Of a stretch of DNA of 37,501 nucleotides, positions 1 through 8,284 are shown one piece after another; positions within the stretch are counted from its first letter, which is position 1, and each line of letters begins with the position of its first letter. Origin of the DNA: a virus. Taxonomy: Duplodnaviria; Caudoviricetes. The DNA is taken from IMG/VR virus record IMGVR_UViG_3300032212_000074, positions 1 to 37,501 of that record; one strand, written 5' to 3'. The translations under genes and the position numbers were made by a program. Below the pieces are notes generated by a model. It did not search any database. It saw only the letters and a list, made by a program, of their open reading frames with translations, and was not told where the DNA came from.

Positions 1-110
1 CTTGCCTCTTTCTTGATTCAATCAATCAGGATCGAGGGGTTATTAAAACTTAAAAAGTAACCACAATACAAACCATATATACAAAAGCCATTTAATACCC
101 TCCAAATCAC

Positions 111-290
111 TCACAATTCACCCCTCCGCTTAACCTCTAAATAATAATCATAAATGGCCGAGAATTGCCCTGTATGGGGCTTATGTTCCTCTAGCCAGTC
201 ATAATCTACTGTTACTTCAACTAATCCCGTCTCGCGGCATGTGAGCTGGATACAGGATAGATCTTTGTTTGTGCTTAGTCTGTGGCTCAT
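111..290 (-). CDS. small hypothetical protein (59 aa, not in ORF track)
   Basis: Manual translation MSHRLSTNK...RRGEL*; ATGA overlap with the 287..604 stop. Confidence 0.6.
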   Translation of the reverse strand: MSHRLSTNKDLSCIQLTCRETGLVEVTVDYDWLEEHKPHTGQFSAIYDYYLEVKRRGEL

Positions 291-604
291 TCGTTTGCCT
301 CTGTATTGCTGCGCTGGTTGTATAATGCTTCAATAGCTTCATCAAGTTTATCTTTGATGATTTGCAGCGACTCTCTTGAGGATGACATTATTTGAAATAT
401 TACATCAGTGTCGGTAATTTGTTTGCCAGATACCTCTGGATAGGGTTTCCCTATAATGTTGTTATCAATGCTGGAAAATGCAACGCCACACAATCCATCG
501 TCATGCTCTACAATTCCGCTAATTAATACATCACCATTGCCAAGCATGATTGTGGGTATTTTCTTGCCTGTATCTTCATATTCAAAATAAATTATTTCAC
601 TCAT
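287..604 (-). CDS. hypothetical phage protein
   Basis: ORF track; GGAG RBS; tightly packed operon. Confidence 0.75.
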   Translation of the reverse strand: MSEIIYFEYEDTGKKIPTIMLGNGDVLISGIVEHDDGLCGVAFSSIDNNIIGKPYPEVSGKQITDTDVIFQIMSSSRESLQIIKDKLDEAIEALYNQRSNTEANE

Positions 605-605
605 A

Positions 606-881
606 TCACTCTCCCTCGCTCTGTGGTGTGGGTATTCCGTACATTACGCCCTCAATCTTACTGATAGCCTCGCGTTCTCTTGAGGCATAATTAGCAGCAC
701 CAACATAACAGATACCTTCCAAGCCCGCGTCAAATACATCTACCAGCTTTTCTTCTAAATACTCAATTCGACTTAGCATCGATTCTTTTGAATTACGCTT
801 ATCCATTCTTTTATCCGTTATCTGCTCTGGTGTGTTCACAATCAATCCTCTATCGTAGTAATCAGGCATTCCACCATCCAA
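606..881 (-). CDS. hypothetical phage protein (true start probably GTG ~839)
   Basis: ORF track; GAGG RBS upstream of GTG AAC ACA. Confidence 0.6.
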   Translation of the reverse strand: MDGGMPDYYDRGLIVNTPEQITDKRMDKRNSKESMLSRIEYLEEKLVDVFDAGLEGICYVGAANYASREREAISKIEGVMYGIPTPQSEGE

Positions 882-933
882 TTAATAAAATGGCTAAACA
901 TAATATAAATACTGGCCAACAATACCATTCCAT
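862..933 (-). CDS. 23-aa hydrophobic micropeptide MEWYCWPVFILCLAILLIGWWNA
   Basis: Manual translation; AAGGA upstream; fills the gap in the operon. Confidence 0.4.
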   Translation of the reverse strand: MEWYCWPVFILCLAILLIGWWNA

Positions 934-935
934 AA

Positions 936-1124
936 TCAATCCTTAATCCGTGGCAGATCACTGTCTGCGTTGCGCTCGTCATACCGCTTGATATATTCAG
1001 CAGCATGGTCTTTTACCTCAATAGGCAAGTGTTGATTGTCCAGCATGTCAGCATAGAACGATCTCATGTACTTGGCCGTTTCTGGTGTCTCTGATATGCA
1101 TATTACTATTTTAGGGCTACTCAT
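936..1124 (-). CDS. hypothetical phage protein
   Basis: ORF track; overlaps upstream gene end. Confidence 0.7.
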   Translation of the reverse strand: MSSPKIVICISETPETAKYMRSFYADMLDNQHLPIEVKDHAAEYIKRYDERNADSDLPRIKD

Positions 1125-1392
1125 TTTCCAGCTCCAATAAGTCTTTATTAACTAGCTTTGTTTTGATTCTTTCCCGCATATCATCAACTGAGTGAGCGGT
1201 TAGAATATCGTCGATATCGAAACCAAACGATTTAATATTCAATATCTCGACGTGTGGCTCAATCTCTGGATTTGATAATCCGTCAATGATTTCAGCAGGG
1301 CGATACTTTTGATATTCAATTTCTACCTTAACCGGCAATTCACCCTCTCCGATGTGGTCTATTATTGATATGGTCATTTGCTTTCTCCACAC
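1117..1392 (-). CDS. hypothetical phage protein (likely start MTISII at 1377)
   Basis: ORF track; GGAG RBS. Confidence 0.7.
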   Translation of the reverse strand: MWRKQMTISIIDHIGEGELPVKVEIEYQKYRPAEIIDGLSNPEIEPHVEILNIKSFGFDIDDILTAHSVDDMRERIKTKLVNKDLLELENE

Positions 1393-1595
1393 TTCCTGTT
1401 TTGGCGCATACGGTGCTTTTCTTCTCTAACAAGGTAATCATGCAAGCATTGAATCATGTCTTTGCATGGATGTACCACCTTGTAATTATAGAGCCGCGTT
1501 AATTGGTCTTTGGTAATACCTAAATCAGATTCGATCTGGCTATAACTAGCCGATGAGGTTTTAAGTAAATTCATTGTTTTTTGATAATCTGCCAT
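1374..1595 (-). CDS. small Cro/XRE-like helix-turn-helix protein
   Basis: SYSQIESDLGITKDQLTRL...P....IQ.LHDYL pattern typical of Cro-like HTH. Confidence 0.6.
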   Translation of the reverse strand: MADYQKTMNLLKTSSASYSQIESDLGITKDQLTRLYNYKVVHPCKDMIQCLHDYLVREEKHRMRQNRKCGESK

Positions 1596-1606
1596 TTTTC
1601 TACCTT

Positions 1607-1620
1607 GCCCCCGAAGGGGC
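1607..1620 (-). other. GC-rich C(UUCG)G hairpin
   Basis: Minus strand GCCCC-TTCG-GGGGC directly before the RBS of the HTH gene; the T-rich tail is on the + strand side. Confidence 0.6.
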
Positions 1621-1625
1621 TTTAA

Positions 1626-1826
1626 TTATTTTATAGTCTTTCTTATTTTTGCTTGTGTAGCGTGGTGATCATCTAGATAACATGAACCTAAAATACTTGA
1701 ACCTTTAGAATCAAGGAAACACTTAGCTGTTATTTTATGCCCAGATATAATTATCTCTTTTTCTGTTAAAGGCTTTGAGTTTCTAACTTCATCAAAAAAT
1801 GCTTTCATTTGCTGTAGATTTGTCAT
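1626..1826 (-). CDS. hypothetical early protein (first leftward gene)
   Basis: ORF track 1626..1868; GGAG RBS favours MTNLQQ start at 1826. Confidence 0.7.
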   Translation of the reverse strand: MTNLQQMKAFFDEVRNSKPLTEKEIIISGHKITAKCFLDSKGSSILGSCYLDDHHATQAKIRKTIK

Positions 1827-1859
1827 TGTCTTATCTCCGTTTCGTTTGTCTATGGTTCT

Positions 1860-1887
1860 AATATACACCTTCTACTGATAACTTCAA
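1860..1887 (-). promoter_or_regulatory. leftward sigma70-like early promoter
   Basis: TTGAAG-16 nt-TATATT on minus strand. Confidence 0.5.
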
Positions 1888-1953
1888 CCGCTTTGATTGA
1901 TTTATTGATTATTCCCGACAAACGGTCTATTTGAATTATCTTCAACAAGGTGG

Positions 1954-1982
1954 TTGACAGTAATTTAAAACAGGTCTAGTAT
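1954..1982 (+). promoter_or_regulatory. rightward sigma70-like early promoter
   Basis: TTGACA-17 nt-TAGTAT. Confidence 0.7.
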
Positions 1983-2009
1983 ATTAGTCATACCAACAAG
2001 GGGGATAAC

Positions 2010-2156
2010 ATGAAAGGACTCATAATATTACTAGCCATACTCTACATAATATTTAATTATGCTGAGTTTAAGACGGATTACGAAAGGCCGCGAGTATTAC
2101 CAGAGTGTAACGTGTGGCCTGAGTATGATTGCCATAAATCGAAATATAAAAATTAG
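2010..2156 (+). CDS. 48-aa protein with N-terminal hydrophobic/signal segment
   Basis: Manual translation MKGLIILLAILYIIFNYA...; AAGGGGG RBS. Confidence 0.6.
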   Translation: MKGLIILLAILYIIFNYAEFKTDYERPRVLPECNVWPEYDCHKSKYKN

Positions 2157-2168
2157 GGGGTTGGAATA

Positions 2169-2339
2169 ATGAAAAAATCACAAGCTTTATTGTCACTTAG
2201 TACAGCACTAATGCAGTCAATGCCGCCATACACATGCAGCGATATTAATAAATATTATGATGGTGGCACATTCAGAAAGTCAAAAATAAGAGCAAAGCGT
2301 AAAATGCAGAAAATTGCTAGAAGGAAATCAAGGAAATGA
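2169..2339 (+). CDS. 56-aa protein with Arg/Lys-rich C-terminus
   Basis: Manual translation ending KSKIRAKRKMQKIARRKSRK; RBS; ATGA overlap with next ORF. Confidence 0.6.
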   Translation: MKKSQALLSLSTALMQSMPPYTCSDINKYYDGGTFRKSKIRAKRKMQKIARRKSRK

Positions 2340-2494
2340 ACGACTACGACGATCAATTCTACATCGATGAAGAACCACAAGCCGGATCAGGTGATGAGGA
2401 TACGGACGAGGCCAGAGAGTACCAAGCTGAACAAGACCGAAAGCTTAGAAAGCGGATAGAGGAAAGTATTTTTTTAAGTAAGCAGGCTATGTGA
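2336..2494 (+). CDS. 52-aa acidic protein
   Basis: Manual translation MNDYDDQFYIDEE...; ATGA coupling. Confidence 0.55.
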   Translation: MNDYDDQFYIDEEPQAGSGDEDTDEAREYQAEQDRKLRKRIEESIFLSKQAM

Positions 2495-2554
2495 TTGACG
2501 AAAAACGCAATAAATGACTGGAATTGACAAAACAATCAAGAGGAGTAAGGGAAA

Positions 2555-2707
2555 ATGAGCGAGTTAAACTTGCCAGCAGGCAAAACATGTAAAGATTGTG
2601 TTCACTGCTATAGGTGCACAAGAATGTTTGGCGTGAAAGAAACGAATGTTGAATGTGATTTTTATCCGGTATTGTTTCAGGAGAAAGCAAATGAACCCAA
2701 TAAATAA
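2555..2707 (+). CDS. 50-aa Cys-rich metal-binding protein
   Basis: MSELNLPAGKTCKDCVHCYRC...CDFYP; purine-rich RBS. Confidence 0.65.
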   Translation: MSELNLPAGKTCKDCVHCYRCTRMFGVKETNVECDFYPVLFQEKANEPNK

Positions 2708-2885
2708 CATACAAGACCTAATAGCCTCGGCTAATCAGGCGCAATACAACATACTCAGAACCACGCCAACCAGCGCAGGCTGCTGCATGAGCCACGATGA
2801 TATAAAAGCCGTCATGAATCTATCAGATGGTGCAGCGGAAGGCTGTCGGGCGCAATTTGCGATTGAGATGGAGCGGATGCGATGA
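2691..2885 (+). CDS. hypothetical protein
   Basis: ORF track 2646..2885; AGGAG RBS favours MNPINN start at 2691. Confidence 0.65.
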   Translation: MNPINNIQDLIASANQAQYNILRTTPTSAGCCMSHDDIKAVMNLSDGAAEGCRAQFAIEMERMR

Positions 2886-3097
2886 AGCCAAGAGAAAAGA
2901 AACCGGATATTGTTTATCGCATCATTGATAAAGAGACAGGAAAGGCGTGCGGTTCTTACAGTAGAGCATACTGTGATGAATATGATTTTTCATCGGAAAA
3001 AGAGGCTAGAAACGCTAATTTTCACGGCATGTTTAAGGATGAAGACAAATATGGAATTGCTAAATATAAAGCAACGTATGAGCTATTAGAAGACTAG
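2882..3097 (+). CDS. hypothetical phage protein
   Basis: ORF track; ATGA overlap. Confidence 0.7.
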   Translation: MKPREKKPDIVYRIIDKETGKACGSYSRAYCDEYDFSSEKEARNANFHGMFKDEDKYGIAKYKATYELLED

Positions 3098-3129
3098 CTA
3101 AATAAACGCAGATAAACTAATATAACCAT

Positions 3130-3203
3130 GCGGCTAGGCTCATTACCGAACGATAGCAAACCTAACTATCTGCCGCCTCGATCTTAGGTGCTATATCTGA
3201 GGA
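3130..3203 (+). ncRNA. structured cis-regulatory leader upstream of the annealase
   Basis: GCGGC/GCCGC and GATAG/CTATC stems; loop ACCTAA complementary to downstream TTAGGT; CCTC complementary to RBS GAGG. Confidence 0.55.
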
Positions 3204-3206
3204 GAT

Positions 3207-3944
3207 ATGAAAATGACAGATAATAAAGAAAATTTAAAACTATGGGATTCTGTCGGGAAAACAGACCCAGCTTACACAAGATCATATAAAGGCGCTGGCG
3301 GCTTTTCTGGCACTGCTGTAAATCCGTTATACACTGTAAAGCGATTAACTGAGATGTTTGGTGCGCTGGGTGTTGGCTGGGGTTATGAGGTTTTAGAAGA
3401 TCGCTTCGATTGCGGGTCTACTGAATACGACAAAGAAACAAAAGAAAGCATCGGTATTAATTCCATTCACACCATTAAAATAGAGCTATGGCACATGGAA
3501 GGTGATAAAAAAGCATCTGCCACGCATTACGGTCATACGCCCTTTGTTTACCGTAACAAATGGGGGATGCAGACTGACTCAGAATTCGCTAAAAAGTCGC
3601 TCACAGACGCACTGAACAAAGCTGCTAGTATGTTTGGCTTTAATTCTGATATCTACCTTGGCAAGTTTGATGATATCAACTACGTTCAAGAGGTCGGAGA
3701 CGAATTTGCCATTCAGGAGGCAGATGATAAAGACGCTGAGTTGATCAGACAAAGGCAGGAATATGAGGCGCTATTGGCTGATAACCTAGATTTGATTAAA
3801 ACATCCGTTGCCATTAATGAGCTTGAGGTTATTTACAAGTCAATTATCCGCAAAGCAAAACGACGAGATGATAAGGCCGGTATTAAACAGCTAAATGACG
3901 CAGTGAAACTCAGAAAATCAGAATTAGAAGGCGATAAAAAATGA
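3207..3944 (+). CDS. Rad52/Sak-like single-strand annealing recombinase
   Basis: LW..V.KTDP.YT, TE.FG..G.GWGY and KKS.TDA..KA.S..GF..DIYLG motifs; adjacent to Gp157-like gene. Confidence 0.7.
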   Translation: MKMTDNKENLKLWDSVGKTDPAYTRSYKGAGGFSGTAVNPLYTVKRLTEMFGALGVGWGYEVLEDRFDCGSTEYDKETKESIGINSIHTIKIELWHMEGDKKASATHYGHTPFVYRNKWGMQTDSEFAKKSLTDALNKAASMFGFNSDIYLGKFDDINYVQEVGDEFAIQEADDKDAELIRQRQEYEALLADNLDLIKTSVAINELEVIYKSIIRKAKRRDDKAGIKQLNDAVKLRKSELEGDKK

Positions 3945-4438
3945 GCAAGCATTTATACGAATTAACCGAACAAGTGCGCGGCCTTCAACAGCTTGTCGAT
4001 GATGGCGAACTAAAACCACAAGACATTGCAGATACTATGGATGGCTTAGAGCTGGAAGTATCAGAGAAGGCCAATAGAATCCTCTACATGGTTAAAAACA
4101 TTGACGGGATGAATGATGCCATTGATTCCGAGATTAAACGCCTTACAGACAGAAAGAAGGTGTTTAACAATGCTAAGGAATCTATCAAGCAGTATCTTAA
4201 AATCAACATGGAAGCGACTTCAACAAGTAAAATCGAATGTGATCTATTCACAATCACATTAAGAAAGCCGTCGAAAGTTGTTATAATTGATGATGAAAGC
4301 CTAATACCTGATGAGCTGGTTACTGTTACGGTAACAGAAAAGCCAGATAAAAAAGCCATTGGTAAACTGTTAAAAGATGGCGAAAAGGTAGAAGGAGCGC
4401 ACCTTGGCGAAGGTAATAGCGCATTGATTATTAAATAG
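3941..4438 (+). CDS. Siphovirus Gp157-like protein
   Basis: LYELT start, coiled coil EIKRL..RKK, DE..IP.E, PDKKAI..LK.G..VEGA.L. Confidence 0.85.
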   Translation: MSKHLYELTEQVRGLQQLVDDGELKPQDIADTMDGLELEVSEKANRILYMVKNIDGMNDAIDSEIKRLTDRKKVFNNAKESIKQYLKINMEATSTSKIECDLFTITLRKPSKVVIIDDESLIPDELVTVTVTEKPDKKAIGKLLKDGEKVEGAHLGEGNSALIIK

Positions 4439-4492
4439 TTTTCCCTAGCCGTTAAATCGGCAACTCCTGCGAAAGCCTTCGGGCTTAGTGTT

Positions 4493-4521
4493 GCGGTCTC
4501 ATCTACTGAGGCCGCCTTTTT
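4493..4521 (+). terminator. intrinsic terminator, last of three tandem hairpins (4448-4521)
   Basis: GCGGTCTCA-TCTAC-TGAGGCCGC followed by CTTTTT. Confidence 0.7.
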
Positions 4522-4537
4522 AATTTAGAGGTGATGT

Positions 4538-4756
4538 ATGGAATATAAACACTATAAAGAGATATTAGGGATTTTATTTGATCAAAGCAGAATGGATTTG
4601 ATACAGCAATTAGCTGACACCAATGGGTATAACATGTCTTTGAGAATTAAACAGCTTGAAGGCTTTTTGAAAGAGCTAAAGAATATTTTACGAACCGCAA
4701 ATTACCGTGGCGATATAGTCGAAGAAATAACAGAATTATTAACCAATGACAAATAG
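4538..4756 (+). CDS. hypothetical protein
   Basis: ORF track; GAGGTG RBS. Confidence 0.7.
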   Translation: MEYKHYKEILGILFDQSRMDLIQQLADTNGYNMSLRIKQLEGFLKELKNILRTANYRGDIVEEITELLTNDK

Positions 4757-4925
4757 CCCACAAGACCGCCTAAGAGACTATAACCAGCTACGATACGCTA
4801 GACGGCTGGTTAAGGATAAAGAGCGCTATATGCCAGATTTCAAGCTTAGGGCGCGTCTTTATGGGGATTCGTGGAAAAATACTATCTGGAAGCTGTGCCA
4901 AGCTATTAAAAGGGGTGAGTTATAG
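4746..4925 (+). CDS. 59-aa hypothetical protein (not in ORF track)
   Basis: Manual translation MTNSPQDRL...IKRGEL*; fills the operon gap. Confidence 0.55.
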   Translation: MTNSPQDRLRDYNQLRYARRLVKDKERYMPDFKLRARLYGDSWKNTIWKLCQAIKRGEL

Positions 4926-5419
4926 ATATTTTACTAAAAAAAGCTAATGGCGCGTTATACCCTGCTGATGATGAGTCAGGCAAATATCTATTCCAATGTA
5001 AGGATGGCGTGATACTTAAGGCTAGTATATCAAAGCCGCGTAATATCCAATTCCATCGTAAGTATTTTGCTCTGATGAAATATGCTTTTGATTGCTGGGA
5101 ATTACCAGAAGTCACGTATCAGGGCAGGCCGATTGATAAGGAAAATGATATATATTATTTTAATGGTATGCCAGTAGAAAAGAACTATGAAACATTCAGG
5201 AAAAATATCCAAATATTAGCTGGTTTTGGTGATCCTGTTTTCACCTTAAAAGGCGAGTTGCGTTTTGAGAGCCGTTCTATCAGTTTTGGCAGTATGTCAG
5301 AGGATGAGTTCGAAAGTCTTTACAGCAGCGTTATAAACGTGATTCTAAAGCATGTATTAAAGAACCATAGCAGAGCCGATTTAGATCAAATCGTATCAGA
5401 GGTATTAAATTTTGCATAA
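4922..5419 (+). CDS. DUF1367-family (Nin-region) protein, probable ATA start
   Basis: PRN..FHRKYFAL and SISF..M.E.EF..LY motifs; family-like N-terminus DILLKK..GALYPAD lies upstream of the track's GTG at 5009. Confidence 0.75.
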   Translation: MDILLKKANGALYPADDESGKYLFQCKDGVILKASISKPRNIQFHRKYFALMKYAFDCWELPEVTYQGRPIDKENDIYYFNGMPVEKNYETFRKNIQILAGFGDPVFTLKGELRFESRSISFGSMSEDEFESLYSSVINVILKHVLKNHSRADLDQIVSEVLNFA

Positions 5420-5428
5420 GGAGTTATT

Positions 5429-5671
5429 ATGAGCGATGAAAGCAGGATATCTGGCGTAGCTGTTCTATATCAAAAAAATGACAATGGGAGGATACATAGT
5501 AAAGTTAGATGTATTCTTGTTGATACCAAAGATACAGATGACGAATTCGACTTGAAAGCAAAAGCAGAAAGATATATTGCAGGAAATGAAGAAATGAAGC
5601 AAGATTTTGAAGGCCATGATTTAGTTGCATGGTCAATCGCATCACAAGTAGATATATCTAAGAATGCTTAA
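5429..5671 (+). CDS. hypothetical protein
   Basis: ORF track; AAGGAG RBS. Confidence 0.7.
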   Translation: MSDESRISGVAVLYQKNDNGRIHSKVRCILVDTKDTDDEFDLKAKAERYIAGNEEMKQDFEGHDLVAWSIASQVDISKNA

Positions 5672-6218
5672 ACCACCAAAGCAGAAAAAGTGCAAAATCT
5701 GTAAGGATAAATTTACCCCCTTTTCGTCACTGGCTAAAGTATGTAGTGCCACTTGTGCAATTGAATTAACAAAGCAGGAAAATAAGAAAGAGTATAAGGC
5801 CACCACCAGAAAGATGCGCGCGAAGCTAAATGATAGCGATAGGCCGTATTGGGTTAAGCAAGCAGAAAAAGCCTGTCATGCGTACATCAGAGAGCGTGAC
5901 AAGGGCAAAGGGTGTATATCATGTGGAACTAATAAACCAGATATCCAATATGCAGCCGGTCATTATAAAACTAAGGGCGCACATCCAGAATTACGCTTTA
6001 ATGAATACAACATACACCTACAGTGCAATAAAAACTGTAATATGATGCTGTCAGGTAATATCAGTAACTACAGGCCGCGACTTATCGATAAGATAGGGCT
6101 ATCACATGTAGAATGGATTGAAGGCGCTCACAGCCAATATAAGCTAACCATAGACGACCTCAAAGAAACCACCCAATACTATAAAGACAGGCTAAAGGCC
6201 ATTACCTGTAGTATCTAA
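5664..6218 (+). CDS. ninG: NinG/Rap junction endonuclease
   Basis: KKCKIC..F.P, YIRERD..CISCG, AGHY, ELRF.E.NIH.QC...CN..LSGN...YR..LI.KIG. Confidence 0.9.
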   Translation: MLKPPKQKKCKICKDKFTPFSSLAKVCSATCAIELTKQENKKEYKATTRKMRAKLNDSDRPYWVKQAEKACHAYIRERDKGKGCISCGTNKPDIQYAAGHYKTKGAHPELRFNEYNIHLQCNKNCNMMLSGNISNYRPRLIDKIGLSHVEWIEGAHSQYKLTIDDLKETTQYYKDRLKAITCSI

Positions 6219-6232
6219 TGTGATACTAGCGG

Positions 6233-8284
6233 CTATTTTTCTTTAATTCTCAACACCCTGAAAACAACAGATACATCATTAGTTTGTGATACAGGGTCTA
6301 CGCTCATGGACAATCGCTGGCCTTTTGTGACGGGTATAGCCCCTTTAAATAATGGCGCAAAGCCCTTAATAGATGTTTTTGTTCCAGAGCTAAACCCAGC
6401 ATTATATTGCTCAACACCATCTATTAATGTTTTAGGATAAATAGTCGTTGTTATATTTACATCACTTGATATCTGACTAGCTACAATATAACCATCAAAA
6501 TCAGCGTCTATAAATCCCGCTATTGCCGCAACACCACTACCGCCCGGCAAAACAGATTGATAAGAATACAAATCCTCATTAACACCTAATGTGTCGTAGC
6601 TACCAAACTTATATAAATAAAAATTAGAGGTAGGATCAGCAGTCAGTACATTAGAAAATATATTATTTTCATAAACTGTATTGCCGCTGTCTGCATTATA
6701 AAACAGGTAAAAATTACCACCATTGACATCAAGCGATAATGTACCTGTAATGGCTATACTGTTTACTTTAATGTGTGATGAATACCCATATATACCATAT
6801 GTCTCTGTTGTTACGGCTGATGTAATTTCAGAGTTCGAGATAGTAAAATCATTGAATGTGTAAGTTGAGTTACCACCTGTCGCCAATACATAAGCAGTGC
6901 CGTTTGTATTTAACGTACAATCCTCTAATCTGAATTGATTAGATGTAAACCCTGTGCAGCCATCTAAAGACACTATGTTAGTGCCTGTTGTTACATTTAA
7001 CAATTCTGTCTGATGTATGCTTGATTCAGTCCAATATCTTAATGATAAAAATGGAACTCCAGCCGCTGTCTCAACTCCACCATAAAATAAACAATTATGG
7101 ATACTATTTGCCACTTGGCCAGAGCCACCACCGTTACTAAATACAGCCCTCCTAGAAGCCCATCCATACACCTTGTTTATCTTATTACCCCAGAATTGAT
7201 TTGACGTTAAAGATTCATCTTCTTCTGATATTAGTGCAGCCGGATACCCAGCATTAGACGCAAATATATTCTCGAATAAGTTATCCCATACGCCATCTGT
7301 TGATGTAGGGTCTTCACCTACTGTTGCATTTCTTATTTGAACAACTGCGGCATTAATATTGGTATACGGTTGATTATTGGTATAAGCGGCTCTAAAGTCA
7401 CCCAAACGAATGTTAGTTGTTGGTGATTTAACTGTAAATATAGGCGTGTTGTCAGTATTTTGGACTATCTTACAGCCGTTGAATGAATAATTCCTATGCT
7501 GCATTCCATTAACCGCATCAGCGCCAACCTCGTTCCTATTCGGGATGTCTATTGCAGATGATATTAATAATATATCATTATCGCCTGCTGTTAGCTTGCC
7601 AGTCACAAGCGCGTTTACAGCAGTTTGAACAGGAACGGTGTCATCGGTAACACCATCACCCGCAGCGCCATACCACGCCACTTGATACCCTAAGCCAACA
7701 TTATACCCGCCATCAACCCTAACCCAAGCCGCAGACCCATCGCCACCAGTAGGGATAAACTGAGTGCCGCAGTATGATCCGCCATTGTCTGAGTAGCCAG
7801 AGCCGCCTGTTACAGCTTTGAATAGGCCACCGTCTGTACCACCAACAAATAAAGTTTTGTTTGCTGTGGGGGTGATTAATACCGCTGCTGCCTTGTTTGC
7901 TACTGATTTGTGATTAAGCCCGTCTACTTCGCTATCAACATAGGTTATCTGTGATTTTTCAGACTCTAATTCAGCCAATGCCGCGTTTAACTCTGTTGCT
8001 GCTAGATCGCCACTGGCTGCGGTTGTGATTGTGTTACTAGCTGCAACTAAAGTTTTATTGGTTAATGCCTGTGCGTCAGACGTACCAACGATATCACCAG
8101 TAGTGCCGTGTGTGGCTGTATCTGCGGCATGATTAGTTAATCCGCTCGCGTTCGTATCAATATCAGTACCAGCATTACCTAGCTGTGTTTTAATCGCACT
8201 GAAATTATCACGGACATCTGATGTTAATGCCTCGCCAGAATTAGGTTTAGTTGCATCTATGCCGCTGGTATCAATACTGCTCAT
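6233..8284 (-). CDS. tailspike / beta-helix polysaccharide depolymerase
   Basis: N-terminal virion anchor, WYGAAGDGVTDDT.VQ.A motif opening a pectate-lyase-like beta-helix, N/T/G-rich body. Confidence 0.8.
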   Translation of the reverse strand: MSSIDTSGIDATKPNSGEALTSDVRDNFSAIKTQLGNAGTDIDTNASGLTNHAADTATHGTTGDIVGTSDAQALTNKTLVAASNTITTAASGDLAATELNAALAELESEKSQITYVDSEVDGLNHKSVANKAAAVLITPTANKTLFVGGTDGGLFKAVTGGSGYSDNGGSYCGTQFIPTGGDGSAAWVRVDGGYNVGLGYQVAWYGAAGDGVTDDTVPVQTAVNALVTGKLTAGDNDILLISSAIDIPNRNEVGADAVNGMQHRNYSFNGCKIVQNTDNTPIFTVKSPTTNIRLGDFRAAYTNNQPYTNINAAVVQIRNATVGEDPTSTDGVWDNLFENIFASNAGYPAALISEEDESLTSNQFWGNKINKVYGWASRRAVFSNGGGSGQVANSIHNCLFYGGVETAAGVPFLSLRYWTESSIHQTELLNVTTGTNIVSLDGCTGFTSNQFRLEDCTLNTNGTAYVLATGGNSTYTFNDFTISNSEITSAVTTETYGIYGYSSHIKVNSIAITGTLSLDVNGGNFYLFYNADSGNTVYENNIFSNVLTADPTSNFYLYKFGSYDTLGVNEDLYSYQSVLPGGSGVAAIAGFIDADFDGYIVASQISSDVNITTTIYPKTLIDGVEQYNAGFSSGTKTSIKGFAPLFKGAIPVTKGQRLSMSVDPVSQTNDVSVVFRVLRIKEK

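Noticed and set aside
3130-3176. Hammerhead ribozyme
   Set aside because: A three-stem layout with GAA is present, but the CUGANGA core is absent.
2487-5115. Minus-strand ORFs 2487..2714, 4084..4359 and 4906..5115
   Set aside because: Antisense to a tightly packed + strand operon with RBSs.
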